Source: an uncultured Chloroflexia bacterium
GTDB taxonomy: Bacteria; Chloroflexota; Anaerolineae; Anaerolineales; E44-bin32
Length of the DNA: 64,000 nucleotides
NCBI GenBank assembly: GCA_963777165.1
Contig: CAVZPO010000021.1
Coordinates: 140,187-204,186, forward strand
Reading direction: 5' to 3'
Made by a program: the position numbers and the translations under genes. Of the stretch, positions 1-10,076 are shown one piece after another. A model generated the notes under the pieces. That model searched no databases and was not told where the DNA came from. It saw only the letters and a program-made list of their open reading frames with translations. How positions within the stretch are numbered: position 1 is the first letter of the stretch; each line of letters begins with the position of its first letter.

Positions 1-478
1 GTAGAACCCACGCTGCCAGATCGGCGCCCCAGGCGTCCCACGCAGGAGGTTGATCCGGCGCGGAGGTGGCTGACTTGAAGGAGCCGACGATCGCGGAGAG
101 GGATGACGCGCCGGGACCGGACTGCCTCTCGACCGTTCGTAGGGGCGACGCATGCCGTCGCCCCTACGGGATCTGGCGGATCCGCTGTTACCGGGCGGGC
201 ATGGAGCCATCAGGATTCCGTGCACATGGTTGGGCATGACGACGAAGAGCGTCCAGGCGATGCACGTGTGGATGTGCACGCGGACCGCCCGCCAGCACTC
301 AGCGACAGCCTCTCCTTCGATGGAGGGCCGCATCGCTCCCATCGACCACTACTCCGAAACAGGGACACCCTCTCGTATGCGTGCACACGGTGACGAAATA
401 GGCCCCAGGCTGCGCGTAATCGAAACCGCGCAGACGGAGCGGACTCCGCCTGCGCGGTAGCAGGGCACGCATGGCCAT
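1..478 (-). pseudogene. RAYT-like (REP-associated tyrosine / IS200-Y1 family) transposase remnant; 3' part runs off the window start; several frame shifts
   Basis: Minus-strand translation from ATG at 478 gives MAMRALLPRRRSPLRLRGFDYAQPGAYFVTVCTHTRG..FGVVVDG. The later conserved blocks FVVMPNHVHGIL (HUH motif), SLSAIVGSFKSATS and RRINLLRGTPGAPIWQRGFY follow in order but lie in different reading frames. Confidence 0.6.
138..168. repeat. REP-like GC-rich hairpin (perfect 13-bp stem, 5-nt loop)
   Basis: cgtaggggcgacg-catgc-cgtcgcccctacg read directly. It lies inside the transposase remnant. Confidence 0.75.
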
Positions 479-507
479 GGACTCCCCCTTGGCTTTCCGC
501 ATCCATC

Positions 508-535
508 GTAGGGGCGAAGCGTGCTTCGCCCCTAC
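508..535. repeat. REP-like GC-rich hairpin (perfect 13-bp stem, 2-nt loop)
   Basis: gtaggggcgaagc-gt-gcttcgcccctac read directly. It shares the GTAGGGGCGA core with the 138-168 hairpin and sits about 30 nt upstream of the transposase start. Confidence 0.75.
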
Positions 536-549
536 CGCGTCGCGGCTCC

Positions 550-954
550 CTACTGCACCGAGAAGTCGAGCGTCTTGACCAGCTCCTCTCCCAGGTAGAT
601 CTCCGCCCGGTACGTCCCGGTGGGCCACAGGCTGTCATTGCTTAGCGTGAAATGCACCTGGCCGCTGCCGGTCGTGACCTCGGTCTCGTTGATCATGAGG
701 CCTGGCTCGGTGTCCTGCACCTCCACGGCCGTCCAAACCGCCTTCACGCTCGTGTCGTCCGGCGCATTCTTCAGGTCCGCCTGGGCATAGAAGGTGGCGT
801 CCTGTGCGAAGACGGTCGTTCGGTTGGCGCCGTCCTCATCGGTCGACATCCAGGCATCGCCCACGTTGGCCGTGCTGACGCTCCCTCCACACGCAAGCGT
901 CGCACCGAGAAGCGCGAGCAGCACCACGATCCAAGACACCCGTCGAGCATTCAT
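550..954 (-). CDS. small secreted lipoprotein, unknown function
   Basis: The internal ATG at 954 is preceded by GAGGAGG. The N-terminus MNARRVSWIVVLLALLGATLACGG has a signal peptide and lipobox. The rest is Thr/Asp-rich and looks beta-rich. Confidence 0.55.
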   Translation of the reverse strand: MNARRVSWIVVLLALLGATLACGGSVSTANVGDAWMSTDEDGANRTTVFAQDATFYAQADLKNAPDDTSVKAVWTAVEVQDTEPGLMINETEVTTGSGQVHFTLSNDSLWPTGTYRAEIYLGEELVKTLDFSVQ

Positions 955-1129
955 ACCCTCTGCCTCCTCTTGATCTATGGTTTGGGAGATTCTACTCGAT
1001 GAACTCAAGCTCTCGGGGCGCGGGAGCGTGCCTGCCGGTCGCTTGCCCGGCACCGCCCCGCCGCAAGCCCCATAGGACCGGCAGCCTCCAGCGGATGGGA
1101 CGCCCTCTCGTCCCTCTCGTCGATCAGGC

Positions 1130-3277
1130 TTACCTCAGGATCTGGAGTAGGTTGCTGTAGTCGTCCGTCCATAGGCGCAGCCCGGCGGGGATCGCCGGCG
1201 CGGCGGCCTCCCGGGCAGCGAGCGCCGGAACGTCGAGCAGACTACGATCGCGGGCAAGCAGCATCCAGATCGAGTCGTAGCTCCGCACGGCGTCCCCTCG
1301 ATCCTCGATCTTCACGGCCTGAAGGCCGAACTCTTCGGCCAGCCGGTAGACCGGCAGGCTCAGATCGAAGTATCGATTGGAGACGTTCACCGCCAGCACG
1401 CCGTCCGAAGCCAGATGCTGCAAATAGACCTCAAAGGCCTCGCGCGTGAGCAAGTGCAAGGGAACCGCGTCCCCGCTGAACGCGTCCAGCACCAGGACAT
1501 CGAAGTCCTGCGGCCCCGGGTTGGACAACTCACGCTCGAGCGACAGGCGCGCATCGCCAGCCACGATCTGCGTCTCCGCCTTGGAGCCCGACACGAACGA
1601 GAAGTAACCGCCATCGCCTTCTGCAAGGCGGATCATGTCCGGGTTGATCTCGTAGAAACGTAACACGTCGCCCGGCTGCGCGTAGTGTGCGATCACCCCA
1701 ACGCCCAGCCCCAGTCCGCCGATGCGCAGGCTCGCCGGGCGAGCAGGGTGGTTAAGCAGCGCCAGCCCCACCCCGCTGGTCTCCGCATAGTAGGTCGTCG
1801 GCACATCGCGCAGTTCGGGGGCCTCGAACTGGAACCCGTGCACCGTCCGGCCATGGGTGAGCTGATAGGCCCGTAGGGCCGGCTCTTCCGTATTGATCTC
1901 CCATACCCGCAGCACGCCATAGAACCCGCGCCGCACGGCGAGCGTGCTGGAGGCAAACGCGGCCATCAAAGCGATCACCAGCCCGCTCAGCAACAGGAGC
2001 AACGCCGCCGAAGCCAGGATGTCCGGCCGGAGCTTTCGCCCCTGTGAAGCGCTTCGCCCGGCTGTCTTGTGTTGACGCCGTCGCGACGCCGCCGCCGGGC
2101 GCTCCCGCACGATCACGATCGTGAGCAGTACACCGCAGGCGACGACGGCCCACTGCAGTTCCCAGAAACCGGAGGGGAATACGAACGGTGCGACCAGGTT
2201 GACGAAGATCCCGCCCAGCGCCCCTCCGACGGCTACCATCAGATAGAACGAAGGCAGGGAGCGCGGTGACGGACGCAGCCCGTACAGTTCGCAGTGGCAG
2301 ATCATCGACGCCACGAACAGCAGCCCGGCGTAGATCAACATCTGGGTCAGGATGGTGAACGGGGGAGATTTCGCCAGCATCCACACGCTGAGGAATGCAA
2401 ACCCGAAGTAGGCGATCCGATAAACTCGCCGCGAGTATCCGCGTCCGCCCGAGAACGCCAGAATGAAGGTCAGCAGGTAGATCGAAAGCGGCACGACCCA
2501 CAGGAACGGGACCGCGGCCACTTCTTGCGTGGTCTGGCTCGTCACCGAAATCAGCAGTGCCGAGGCGACCGCCGCCAGCCCGGCCCACAAGAGATGCAGC
2601 CTGAGGCCGGGGCGGGCCTCCGCCTCTTTCGGGGCGTTGCGGCTCGCCTCGGGGACCGACGGGGCACGGCGGTACGCCCTCAGCGCCAGGGCCGCCGCAC
2701 TGACGGCGAAGGCCGCGTAACCCGCCGTCCACAAGAAGGCCTGCGCTCGGAGCGTGAGGAGAGGTTCGAACACGAGCGGGTAGCTGATCAGCGCCGCCAA
2801 GGAACCGGCATTGGACAACGCATACAGGCGGTAGGGGGTCTGCGCGCGCTGTTCATGACTGAACCAGGCCTGCATCAGCGTGCTGTTGGACGCCAGCAGG
2901 AAGTACGGCACCCCGACGGCGACTGCCAGCAGGCGCAGGATTCCCCAGACGGGCAGCGTGTTGTCGACCGGGCGCCACGCGATGTCCGGTGTCAGCGGCG
3001 ACGGCCACGTCAACGCCGCAATCCCCAGCAGGCCCAAGGAGATCGCCAGGAAGACAAGGTGCACGATCCCCTGCTGGCGGCCGCGCAGGCGGCCGAGGAG
3101 CCAGTAGGCATACGCGTACCCGCCGGTCAGGACACACTGGAAGAAGAGCAGTACGGTAGACCACACGGCCGCCGTCCCGCCAAACCATGGCAGGATCGCC
3201 TTGCCGATCATGGGTTGAATTTGGAAGAGCAGGAAGGCCGAGAGAATAACACTCAGTGCGTAGGCGTTCGCCATCAT
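1130..3277 (-). CDS. fused polytopic membrane domain + spermidine synthase-like (class I SAM/aminopropyl transferase) protein
   Basis: 715-aa ORF. The N-terminal ~400 aa are hydrophobic multi-TM. The C-terminus carries GGLGLGVG..YEINP..VLVLDAFSGDAVPLHLLTREAF..L...GVLAVNVSN, typical of spermidine synthase-like proteins. Confidence 0.8.
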   Translation of the reverse strand: MMANAYALSVILSAFLLFQIQPMIGKAILPWFGGTAAVWSTVLLFFQCVLTGGYAYAYWLLGRLRGRQQGIVHLVFLAISLGLLGIAALTWPSPLTPDIAWRPVDNTLPVWGILRLLAVAVGVPYFLLASNSTLMQAWFSHEQRAQTPYRLYALSNAGSLAALISYPLVFEPLLTLRAQAFLWTAGYAAFAVSAAALALRAYRRAPSVPEASRNAPKEAEARPGLRLHLLWAGLAAVASALLISVTSQTTQEVAAVPFLWVVPLSIYLLTFILAFSGGRGYSRRVYRIAYFGFAFLSVWMLAKSPPFTILTQMLIYAGLLFVASMICHCELYGLRPSPRSLPSFYLMVAVGGALGGIFVNLVAPFVFPSGFWELQWAVVACGVLLTIVIVRERPAAASRRRQHKTAGRSASQGRKLRPDILASAALLLLLSGLVIALMAAFASSTLAVRRGFYGVLRVWEINTEEPALRAYQLTHGRTVHGFQFEAPELRDVPTTYYAETSGVGLALLNHPARPASLRIGGLGLGVGVIAHYAQPGDVLRFYEINPDMIRLAEGDGGYFSFVSGSKAETQIVAGDARLSLERELSNPGPQDFDVLVLDAFSGDAVPLHLLTREAFEVYLQHLASDGVLAVNVSNRYFDLSLPVYRLAEEFGLQAVKIEDRGDAVRSYDSIWMLLARDRSLLDVPALAAREAAAPAIPAGLRLWTDDYSNLLQILR

Positions 3278-3453
3278 GCTCCGTCCGACATCAGGGTGCG
3301 CTCGCAGCCCCCAGTATGTCCCAACGCCGGCCAGCCGGCAACCGACCTGCCCAGACGCGGGCCGCGGACAGCTGCGCCGACATCCGGCGCGCCGAGCCTA
3401 CGGCTTCCGGACAATACCTTATGACCGCCCGCCTGCGGCTGCCGATGGCCATC

Positions 3454-5613
3454 TCACCACCGACCGCGATTGAGCCGGGCCTCCGGGCGGCGAAGTTCCT
3501 CCTCCCGGGCACCGACGATGCGCACCGCACAGGCCTTGTACTCCGGGATCTTGGCCAGTGGATCGAGGGCATCGATGGTCAGCAGATTGGCGGCCGCCTC
3601 GGCGAAGTGGAAGGCGATAAACACCACGCCGATTGTCGACTTCTGCGTGACGCGAGCCCGCAGGACCACCGAGCCGCGGCGCGATGAGGCACGTACAGCC
3701 TGTCCATCTGACAGCTTGAGGCGGGCGGCATCTGCCGGATGGATTTCCACGACCGCCTCCGGGTACAGGTCGTCCAACTTCGAGTTGCGGGTGAGCGTCC
3801 CGCCGTGCCAGTGCTCGAGCACGCGCCCGGTGGTCAGGATCAGTGGGTACTCTTCATCCGGCATTTCGACCGTCGGCCGATACTCCAGAGGAAAGAACTT
3901 CGCCCGTCCGCTTGGAAAAGTGTCGGCGAAAAGGAAAGGCGTGCCCGGATGATTCTCGTCCCACACCGGAGTCTGCAGACCCTCGCCCTCGAGCCGGGAG
4001 TAGCGCACGCCGGCGTACTCGGGGACCAGCCGGCCCATTTCCTCCAGCACCTCGGACGGTCCGGCGTACGTCCAGCCAGCGGTCGGCGTGCCGAGGCGCT
4101 GCTCGATGCGCAGCGCCAGGTCGCACAGGATTTCCGAGTCCGGGCGCGATTGGCCGCGCGGCGGCATGGCCCTGCGAACGCGCTGCACCCGCCGATCGGT
4201 GTTGGTGAAGGTTCCTTCCTTCTCGGCCCACGAGGCGGCCGGCAGGAACACGTCGGCATAGGCGCCCAATTCATTCAGGAACAGGTCCTGCGCCACCAGG
4301 AACTCCAACTGCTCCATCTGCTGACGGGTGTGGTTGAGATTGGGCTCGGACATCATCGGGTTCTCGCCCATGATATACAGGGCGTGGACGCCTCCGGGGC
4401 CGACGGACGACATGATTTCGGTCGTCGTCAGGCCGAGGGCACGGTTCAGGCCCCCCGGCTCGATGTTCCACGCCGCCTCGAATTTGCGGGCCGCGGCGTC
4501 ATCGTCGACCCGCTGATAGCCGGGGTAGTGCCACGGCATCGCCCCTGCATCGGACGCACCCTGCACGTTGTTCTGCCCGCGCAGCGGGTTCAACCCGGTG
4601 CCGCGTCGCCCGATGTGCCCGGTGAGAAGCGCCAGATGGATCAGGCTCATGGCGTTATCGGTGCCGTGGGAGTGTTCCGGGATGCCCAGCGCCCAGTAGA
4701 TGGCGGCGTTGCGCGCGCCGGCGTACATCCGGGCGGCCTCCACGATCAGATCGCGCGACACGCCCGAGATCGCCTCGGCGTACTCGGGGGTGAAGGCCTC
4801 CATCGAGGCGGCGAAGACCTCGAAGCCCTCCGTCCGCGAGCTCACGAAGTCCTCGTTGTACAACTTCTCTTTGAGGATCACGTGCGCCATGGCCGAGAAG
4901 ACCGGCACGTCGGTGCCCGGCCGCTCCGGAAGCCATAGCGTCGCCCAGTTGACCATCTCAATCCGCCGCGGGTCGACGACGATCAGACGCGCGCCGTGCT
5001 TCTCGACGGCGGCCTTCATCTGCAGGGCGATGATCGGGTGAGTCTCGGACGTGTTCGAACCGGTGACGATGAACACGTCGTTGTCGGTCACTTCGGCGGC
5101 GGTGTTGCTCATCGCCGACGAGCCCAGCGCCATCTGTAGCGCCACGACCGAGCCAGCATGACACAAGCGCGTGCAGTGGTCGATATGGTTGGTGCGAAAC
5201 TGGGTGCGGAAGAGCTTCTGCAGCAGGTAGTTGTCTTCGTTCGTCGCCTTGGCGCAGCTGTAGGCTGCTAAGGCATGGTGACCGTCCGCCCGGTAGATCT
5301 GCGTGAGGCGGTCGGCGATCAGGTCGAGCGCTTCGTCCCAGGTTGCCTGGCGCCACTCGGAGCGATCGAAGGCCTGCGTGCGCCGGCCAGGCGCCTGTGG
5401 TGTTCGGCGCACGAGCGGGGTGGTCACGCGCTTCGGGTGGTAGACGAAGTCGTAGCCGAAGCGGCCCTTGACGCACAAGTTCCCATGATTGATGACGCTG
5501 TCGGGCGGAGACGAGACGCGATAGATGGCGTCGTCGCGCAGGTAGAGCTCGAGGTTGCACCCCACGCCGCAGTACGGACACACGGTGGTGACGATGCGAT
5601 CGGGACGAATCAC
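3454..5613 (-). CDS. fdhA: formate dehydrogenase catalytic (molybdopterin) subunit, cysteine type
   Basis: VCPYCGVGCNLELY is the 4Fe-4S motif. HCTRLCHAGS has Cys where FdhF has Sec. EKEGTFTNTDRRVQRV is the FdhF-like block. The start is placed at GTG 5613 (GGAG 5 nt upstream), because the longer ORF to 5799 overlaps the upstream gene. Confidence 0.85.
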   Translation of the reverse strand: MIRPDRIVTTVCPYCGVGCNLELYLRDDAIYRVSSPPDSVINHGNLCVKGRFGYDFVYHPKRVTTPLVRRTPQAPGRRTQAFDRSEWRQATWDEALDLIADRLTQIYRADGHHALAAYSCAKATNEDNYLLQKLFRTQFRTNHIDHCTRLCHAGSVVALQMALGSSAMSNTAAEVTDNDVFIVTGSNTSETHPIIALQMKAAVEKHGARLIVVDPRRIEMVNWATLWLPERPGTDVPVFSAMAHVILKEKLYNEDFVSSRTEGFEVFAASMEAFTPEYAEAISGVSRDLIVEAARMYAGARNAAIYWALGIPEHSHGTDNAMSLIHLALLTGHIGRRGTGLNPLRGQNNVQGASDAGAMPWHYPGYQRVDDDAAARKFEAAWNIEPGGLNRALGLTTTEIMSSVGPGGVHALYIMGENPMMSEPNLNHTRQQMEQLEFLVAQDLFLNELGAYADVFLPAASWAEKEGTFTNTDRRVQRVRRAMPPRGQSRPDSEILCDLALRIEQRLGTPTAGWTYAGPSEVLEEMGRLVPEYAGVRYSRLEGEGLQTPVWDENHPGTPFLFADTFPSGRAKFFPLEYRPTVEMPDEEYPLILTTGRVLEHWHGGTLTRNSKLDDLYPEAVVEIHPADAARLKLSDGQAVRASSRRGSVVLRARVTQKSTIGVVFIAFHFAEAAANLLTIDALDPLAKIPEYKACAVRIVGAREEELRRPEARLNRGRW

Positions 5614-5654
5614 ACCTACTCCAACTTTCTCCCCCCGGCCCGGTGGCCGGGGCG

Positions 5655-6356
5655 TTAGCTCTTGCGGCGCTTCTTCTTTTCCGAGAGCGTCGCCTGCAGC
5701 ATCGCCTCGGGAGACATGCCCTGCTCGAGGAGCCACTCGCGCCGGGGCTTGAGCGCCCCGCTCGGGCACACGTCGACACATTGACCACAGAAGACGCACG
5801 TAGTCTCAGGCATCGGCCGGTTGAGGAATGTCCCGATCTGTGTCGCGTGGCCGCGGCCGGTGAAGTCGAGCGCAAAGGTAAACTGCGCATCGTTGGCGCA
5901 CACCTGGACACAGCGCCAGCACAACACGCACTTGGCGTAATCGCGGATATACATCGGGTTGTCGTCGATCAGCTCCGGGCGCCGCCGCTCGCCGCCGTCG
6001 AATCTCTCCGGCCGGCAGGCGTAGGCTGTCATCAGCGCCTGAAGCTCCGGGGCTTCGGAAAGGTCGACGGAGAAGGCCAGCATTTCCAGCAGCGTGCGCC
6101 GCGCCCGCACGATCCGTTCGGACTCGGTGTGCACGCGCGCGCCGGCGCTCGCCGGCGTGACACACGACGCCACCAGCCCGCGCACGCCTTCGACTTCGAC
6201 GACGCACATCCGGCACAGGCCGTTGGCGGTCGTTCGGGGCGAATAGCACAGCACGGGGATGTTGATCCCCGCCTGTCGGGCCGCCTCCAGGAGCGTCGCC
6301 CCGGCTGCGATCTGCACCGCCCGGCCGTCGATCGTCAGCTCAATGCGATCGGTCAT
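5655..6356 (-). CDS. 2Fe-2S / 2x[4Fe-4S] ferredoxin-type electron-transfer subunit (NuoG/FdhA N-terminal module as a separate protein)
   Basis: [15 protein letters not shown]...[13 protein letters not shown] is the 2Fe-2S fold. [11 protein letters not shown] and [12 protein letters not shown] are ferredoxin motifs. Confidence 0.8.
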   Translation of the reverse strand: MTDRIELTIDGRAVQIAAGATLLEAARQAGINIPVLCYSPRTTANGLCRMCVVEVEGVRGLVASCVTPASAGARVHTESERIVRARRTLLEMLAFSVDLSEAPELQALMTAYACRPERFDGGERRRPELIDDNPMYIRDYAKCVLCWRCVQVCANDAQFTFALDFTGRGHATQIGTFLNRPMPETTCVFCGQCVDVCPSGALKPRREWLLEQGMSPEAMLQATLSEKKKRRKS

Positions 6357-6430
6357 CGGCCTCCCGTTGATCTTTCACCGGGCCGCGCCAGCGCCTCGAA
6401 CTCATGACCGAAGGTTCCCGGGCATGGGTT

Positions 6431-8158
6431 TCAGCCTGCCTGCGGCTGGAACGCCGCAGGCCAGCGCCGTCGGGCGGAAAGGATGGCGGTGCTGGCGGTC
6501 ACGCCAAGTCCGCAGATCGACGTCTCGGTCATGGCGAAGGCGACGTCGTCCAGCGCCTCCAGGTCCCCCGGGTGCAGCCGGCCGTGCGCCAGCCGGTCGA
6601 CGATCTCGAGCTGCCGCTGGGTGCCGAGCTGGCAGGGGAAGCACTTGCCACACGACTCGTGGGCAAAGAAGCGCGCCAGGTGATAGCACGTCCGCCTGAG
6701 GTCGCGGCTGTGGTTCATGATCATGATCACACCCGAGCCCATCGGCAGCCCGGCCTGGCGGAAGCTGGCGTGCGTCAGGGACAGGTCGAGCGCCTCCGGT
6801 CCGGCGAAGGCACCGGCGGCGCCGCCCAGCAGGATCGCCTGCAGCTCGCCGCTCACGCCTCCCGCCAGATCGAGGAGCTCACCCAGCGTCGTCCCGAAGG
6901 GCACCTCGTAGGTGCCCGGCAGGGCGATATCGCCCGACAGACAGAACAGCTTGGTGCCCGGCGAATCCGGAACACCCACGGAACGGTGGTCTTCGACGCC
7001 GTGTCCGAGGATCCAGGCGGCCATGCACAGCGTCTCGACGTTGTTGATCGCCGTCGGCATCCCAAACAGGCCGTGGGTTACCGGGTACGGAGGTTTGAGG
7101 CGCGGCAGCCCGCGCTTTCCCTCGATCGATTCCAGCAGCGCGGTCTCTTCACCACAGATGTAAGCGCCGGCCCCGGAGCGCAGCTCGACGTCGAAGCTGA
7201 ATTCGCTGCCGAGCAGACGAGCCCCCAGGGTGCCGCCGTCGCGGGCCGCCTGAATCGCCTGGCGCAAGATGCGCTGCGCACGCGGGTATTCGCCGCGGAC
7301 GTACAGGTAGCCTTGCGAGGCGCCGATGGCGTAGCCGGCGAGCGTCATGCCCTCCAGCACCGCCAGAGGATCGCCCTCGAGAAGCACGCGGTCTTTGAAC
7401 GTCCCCGGCTCCGACTCATCGCCGTTGCACACGACGTAACGCTGCGGCGCCTCACCGGATGCCGCCAGCGCCCACTTGCGTCCCGTCGGGAACGCCGCCC
7501 CACCGCGCCCGTCCAATCCGGAGGCCTCGATCTCGTCGATGACCTTCTGCGGCGTCAGGCTGCTCAACGCACGCTTCAGACCCGTGTACCCCCCGCTCGC
7601 CGCATATGCCTGCACGTCGGTCGGATCGATGGCGCCGCAGCGCGCCGTCAGTCGGCGCGGCGCGCCGTGGATCTCACCCAGTCCGATCTCCTGCGGATCA
7701 CCGAGCCACTTCGCTACAGGAACACCATGCAGGTTTCCCACCGGCAGGCCGCCATGCAGCGCCGCCGGCGCGTGGTCGCACAGGCACAGGCAAGGGACTT
7801 CTTCGATCTCGAAGGCGCCATCCGCCGTCGGCTCCCCCGGATGCACCTTGAGGTGCTGGCAGAGTTCGCGCAGTACGGTTTCGCCCCCTGCCTGGGCACA
7901 GCGCGGGCTTGTGCATACGCGGATCACGGTCCGTCCCGTGGGACGATCGTAGAGCAGCGTGTAGAAGCTCACGACGCCGTGGATTTCGGCTTCGGAGACT
8001 CGAAGCGCCTGGCTGATGCTCGTTAGCACCGCGGGTTCCAGGTAGCCATATTGACGCTGGGCCTCGATCAGGGTCGGCAGCAACTGAGACCGGTCGCGGC
8101 TAGCCAGTTGCCCGAGCCACGCTTGGAGAGGCTGGAGGTCGATTTCAGAGGAGGTCAC
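6431..8158 (-). CDS. fused NuoE-like (2Fe-2S) + NuoF-like (FMN/NAD-binding, 4Fe-4S) diaphorase subunit
   Basis: NuoE block: VCTSPRC..(x)..CLCLCDHAP. NuoF blocks: GRGGAAFPTGRKW, CNGDESEPGTFKDR, ESCGKCFPCQLG. The start is uncertain (GTG 8158 or upstream, up to 8251). Confidence 0.85.
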   Translation of the reverse strand: MTSSEIDLQPLQAWLGQLASRDRSQLLPTLIEAQRQYGYLEPAVLTSISQALRVSEAEIHGVVSFYTLLYDRPTGRTVIRVCTSPRCAQAGGETVLRELCQHLKVHPGEPTADGAFEIEEVPCLCLCDHAPAALHGGLPVGNLHGVPVAKWLGDPQEIGLGEIHGAPRRLTARCGAIDPTDVQAYAASGGYTGLKRALSSLTPQKVIDEIEASGLDGRGGAAFPTGRKWALAASGEAPQRYVVCNGDESEPGTFKDRVLLEGDPLAVLEGMTLAGYAIGASQGYLYVRGEYPRAQRILRQAIQAARDGGTLGARLLGSEFSFDVELRSGAGAYICGEETALLESIEGKRGLPRLKPPYPVTHGLFGMPTAINNVETLCMAAWILGHGVEDHRSVGVPDSPGTKLFCLSGDIALPGTYEVPFGTTLGELLDLAGGVSGELQAILLGGAAGAFAGPEALDLSLTHASFRQAGLPMGSGVIMIMNHSRDLRRTCYHLARFFAHESCGKCFPCQLGTQRQLEIVDRLAHGRLHPGDLEALDDVAFAMTETSICGLGVTASTAILSARRRWPAAFQPQAG

Positions 8159-8376
8159 AGGATCCCGCCTCAAGATGGTACTTGATTCGAGCTCGTGATG
8201 CGGCTGCCGTTCGGGAGACGGGGCGCAAGCGCACCCCCTTTCAAGCCACAACCTATTTCCCGAGAATTTGTATCAGATAACTCCGCGTACCGCAATCCCG
8301 CCACACGTCCCGGCGCCATCGTGAGCGGCGGAGCAGACAGGGAGTGGCACACTCGCACGGCGCTCAGGCCTGCGGG

Positions 8377-9825
8377 TCACCCGATCGGCTCGACGTCATG
8401 CACGCCGGACTCGCTCATCCCTGCGCCGGTGACGCGCACGAACTCCGCCCGTTCCCAGAGCTCCCTCACCGTCTGCGCGCCGGCGTAGGACATCCCCGAG
8501 CGGATCCCGCCGATCAACTGCTCGAGGACTTCAGCCACGGCGCCGCGGTGCGGCACGACGGCCTCCACGCCTTCGGGAACGATCTGCTCCCAATCACCGG
8601 GTTCGAGATCGGCCCCACGCTCAATGATCAATCGGTCGGCATTGGCGGTGAGCGACGCCATGCCGCGAACGACCTTCATCTTGCGTCCGTCGCGGATCAC
8701 CGTCGCACCCGGAGCCTCGTCGGTCCCGGCCAGCATGCCCCCGATCATCACGCTGCTCGCACCGGCGGCCAGCGCTTTGATCGCATCGCCGGAGGTGCGG
8801 ATTCCACCGTCGGCGATCAGCGGCAGGTCCAACGCCTGCGCCTCCGCTGCGCATTCCAGGATCGCCGTGAGCTGCGGCACTCCGAATCCGGTGATCACCC
8901 GCGTGATACAGATCGAGCCCGAACCCACACCGACCTTTACCGCATCCACGCCGGCCTCGGCCAGATCGCGCACCCCCTCGGGTGTGGCGACGTTCCCGGC
9001 AATGATCGGCACCTCCGGCCAGCGCTCCTTCAGCCGCCGAACCATCCCCAGGCAGTTCTCCGAGTGCCCGTGGGCGATGTCGACCACGAAGAGGTCGGCG
9101 CCCGCCTGCAGGCAGGCCTCGGCCCGCTCGACGTCCTCGGCCCGCGCTCCGACGGCCGCTCCGACGCGCAGCCGGCCCTTGGCGTCTTTGGTCGCCTGCG
9201 GGTGCAGCTCGAGTTTCATGATGTCCTGCGCCGTGATCAGGCCGCGCAGCTTGCCCTGGTCATCCACCAGAGGCAGCTTCTCAAGCCGGTGGGCGTAGAG
9301 CTGTTCGCGGGCGGTCGCCAGATTGCCCGGCGCTTGCAGCGTGATCAGACGCTCGCGCGGCGTCATGACTTCACTCACCATCTCCTGCGCGTCCGGCGCG
9401 AAGAGCAGATCGCGCCGTGTGAGCATCCCCAGGACGCGCATCTCCCGGTCTACGACGACCAGCCCCCCGATCCCGGCGGCGGTCATCACCTCGCGCGCCT
9501 GGTTGATGGTGGCTTGAGGCTCGATCGTGATCGGGGCCTCGACGATGTAGCTCTCTGCCCGCTTGACCCGCGCCACGTCTCCGGCCTGGCGCTCGATCGG
9601 CATGAAGCGGTGGATGATCCCCAGACCGCCGCAGCGCGCCATGGCGACGGCCATTTCTGCTTCGGTCACCGTGTCCATGTTGGCGCTGATCACCGGGATG
9701 GCCAGCGGGATGCCTCGCGCCGCCAGGGTGTGCGGCGACACGTCGCCGCGGCTGACCAGCCGCGAGTGCCGCGGCACGAGCAGCACATCATCAAAGGTCA
9801 ATCCCTGCTCAGCCCGCATGCGCAT
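8377..9825 (-). CDS. guaB: IMP dehydrogenase
   Basis: 482 aa. [14 protein letters not shown]; tandem CBS region; active-site region [11 protein letters not shown]; GGIRTSGD. Confidence 0.95.
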   Translation of the reverse strand: MRMRAEQGLTFDDVLLVPRHSRLVSRGDVSPHTLAARGIPLAIPVISANMDTVTEAEMAVAMARCGGLGIIHRFMPIERQAGDVARVKRAESYIVEAPITIEPQATINQAREVMTAAGIGGLVVVDREMRVLGMLTRRDLLFAPDAQEMVSEVMTPRERLITLQAPGNLATAREQLYAHRLEKLPLVDDQGKLRGLITAQDIMKLELHPQATKDAKGRLRVGAAVGARAEDVERAEACLQAGADLFVVDIAHGHSENCLGMVRRLKERWPEVPIIAGNVATPEGVRDLAEAGVDAVKVGVGSGSICITRVITGFGVPQLTAILECAAEAQALDLPLIADGGIRTSGDAIKALAAGASSVMIGGMLAGTDEAPGATVIRDGRKMKVVRGMASLTANADRLIIERGADLEPGDWEQIVPEGVEAVVPHRGAVAEVLEQLIGGIRSGMSYAGAQTVRELWERAEFVRVTGAGMSESGVHDVEPIG

Positions 9826-10076
9826 CGGACCCTCCTCTCCCTGCTCCCGCCTCCATCTTGCGCCCGCCCTGCCCCACCAAGCATTGATCTACCTGGAGGC
9901 CGGCGAGCCGTTCGAACCCCGGTGGGCGCTGGTCACAGCCCCGATCACGATCCCCCCACCACCACGAGAGTCGCATCGAGCCATCCGGATCCGCGGATAC
10001 GAGGACGCCGGCGATCCCGGCTGCGGGACCAGGACTGCGATCCGGCGTGCCGGGTCTGCGTACGCTCGCTTGGCCT

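Noticed and set aside
103-460. Plus-strand ORFs 103-393 and 152-460, containing VGATHAVAPTG.
   Set aside because: They are the antisense reading of the RAYT remnant. The VGATHA-like peptide is simply the REP palindrome translated, and it reads similarly on both strands.
2294-3424. Long ORFs antisense to or overlapping recognisable genes. Examples: 2294-3424 (+), 8344-10620 (+), 13948-15129 (-), 35900-37024 (+), 53466-55703 (+), 55618-57060 (+), 61866-63260 (+).
   Set aside because: Their translations are Arg/Pro/Gly/Asp-rich low-complexity strings with no family motifs. They overlap genes with strong conserved motifs on the other strand. This is the expected stop-codon-poor behaviour of high-GC DNA.
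4950-5250. Selenocysteine recoding in the formate dehydrogenase.
   Set aside because: The active-site position is an ordinary Cys codon (TRLCHAGS). There is no in-frame TGA, so no SECIS element is expected.
5614-5799. Extended N-terminus of the FDH catalytic subunit (track ORF start at 5799).
   Set aside because: The extension overlaps the 3' end of the upstream Fe-S gene by 145 nt and is Arg/Ala/Pro-rich. The conserved protein begins at IRPDRIVTTVCPYCG, with a GTG and GGAG just upstream.
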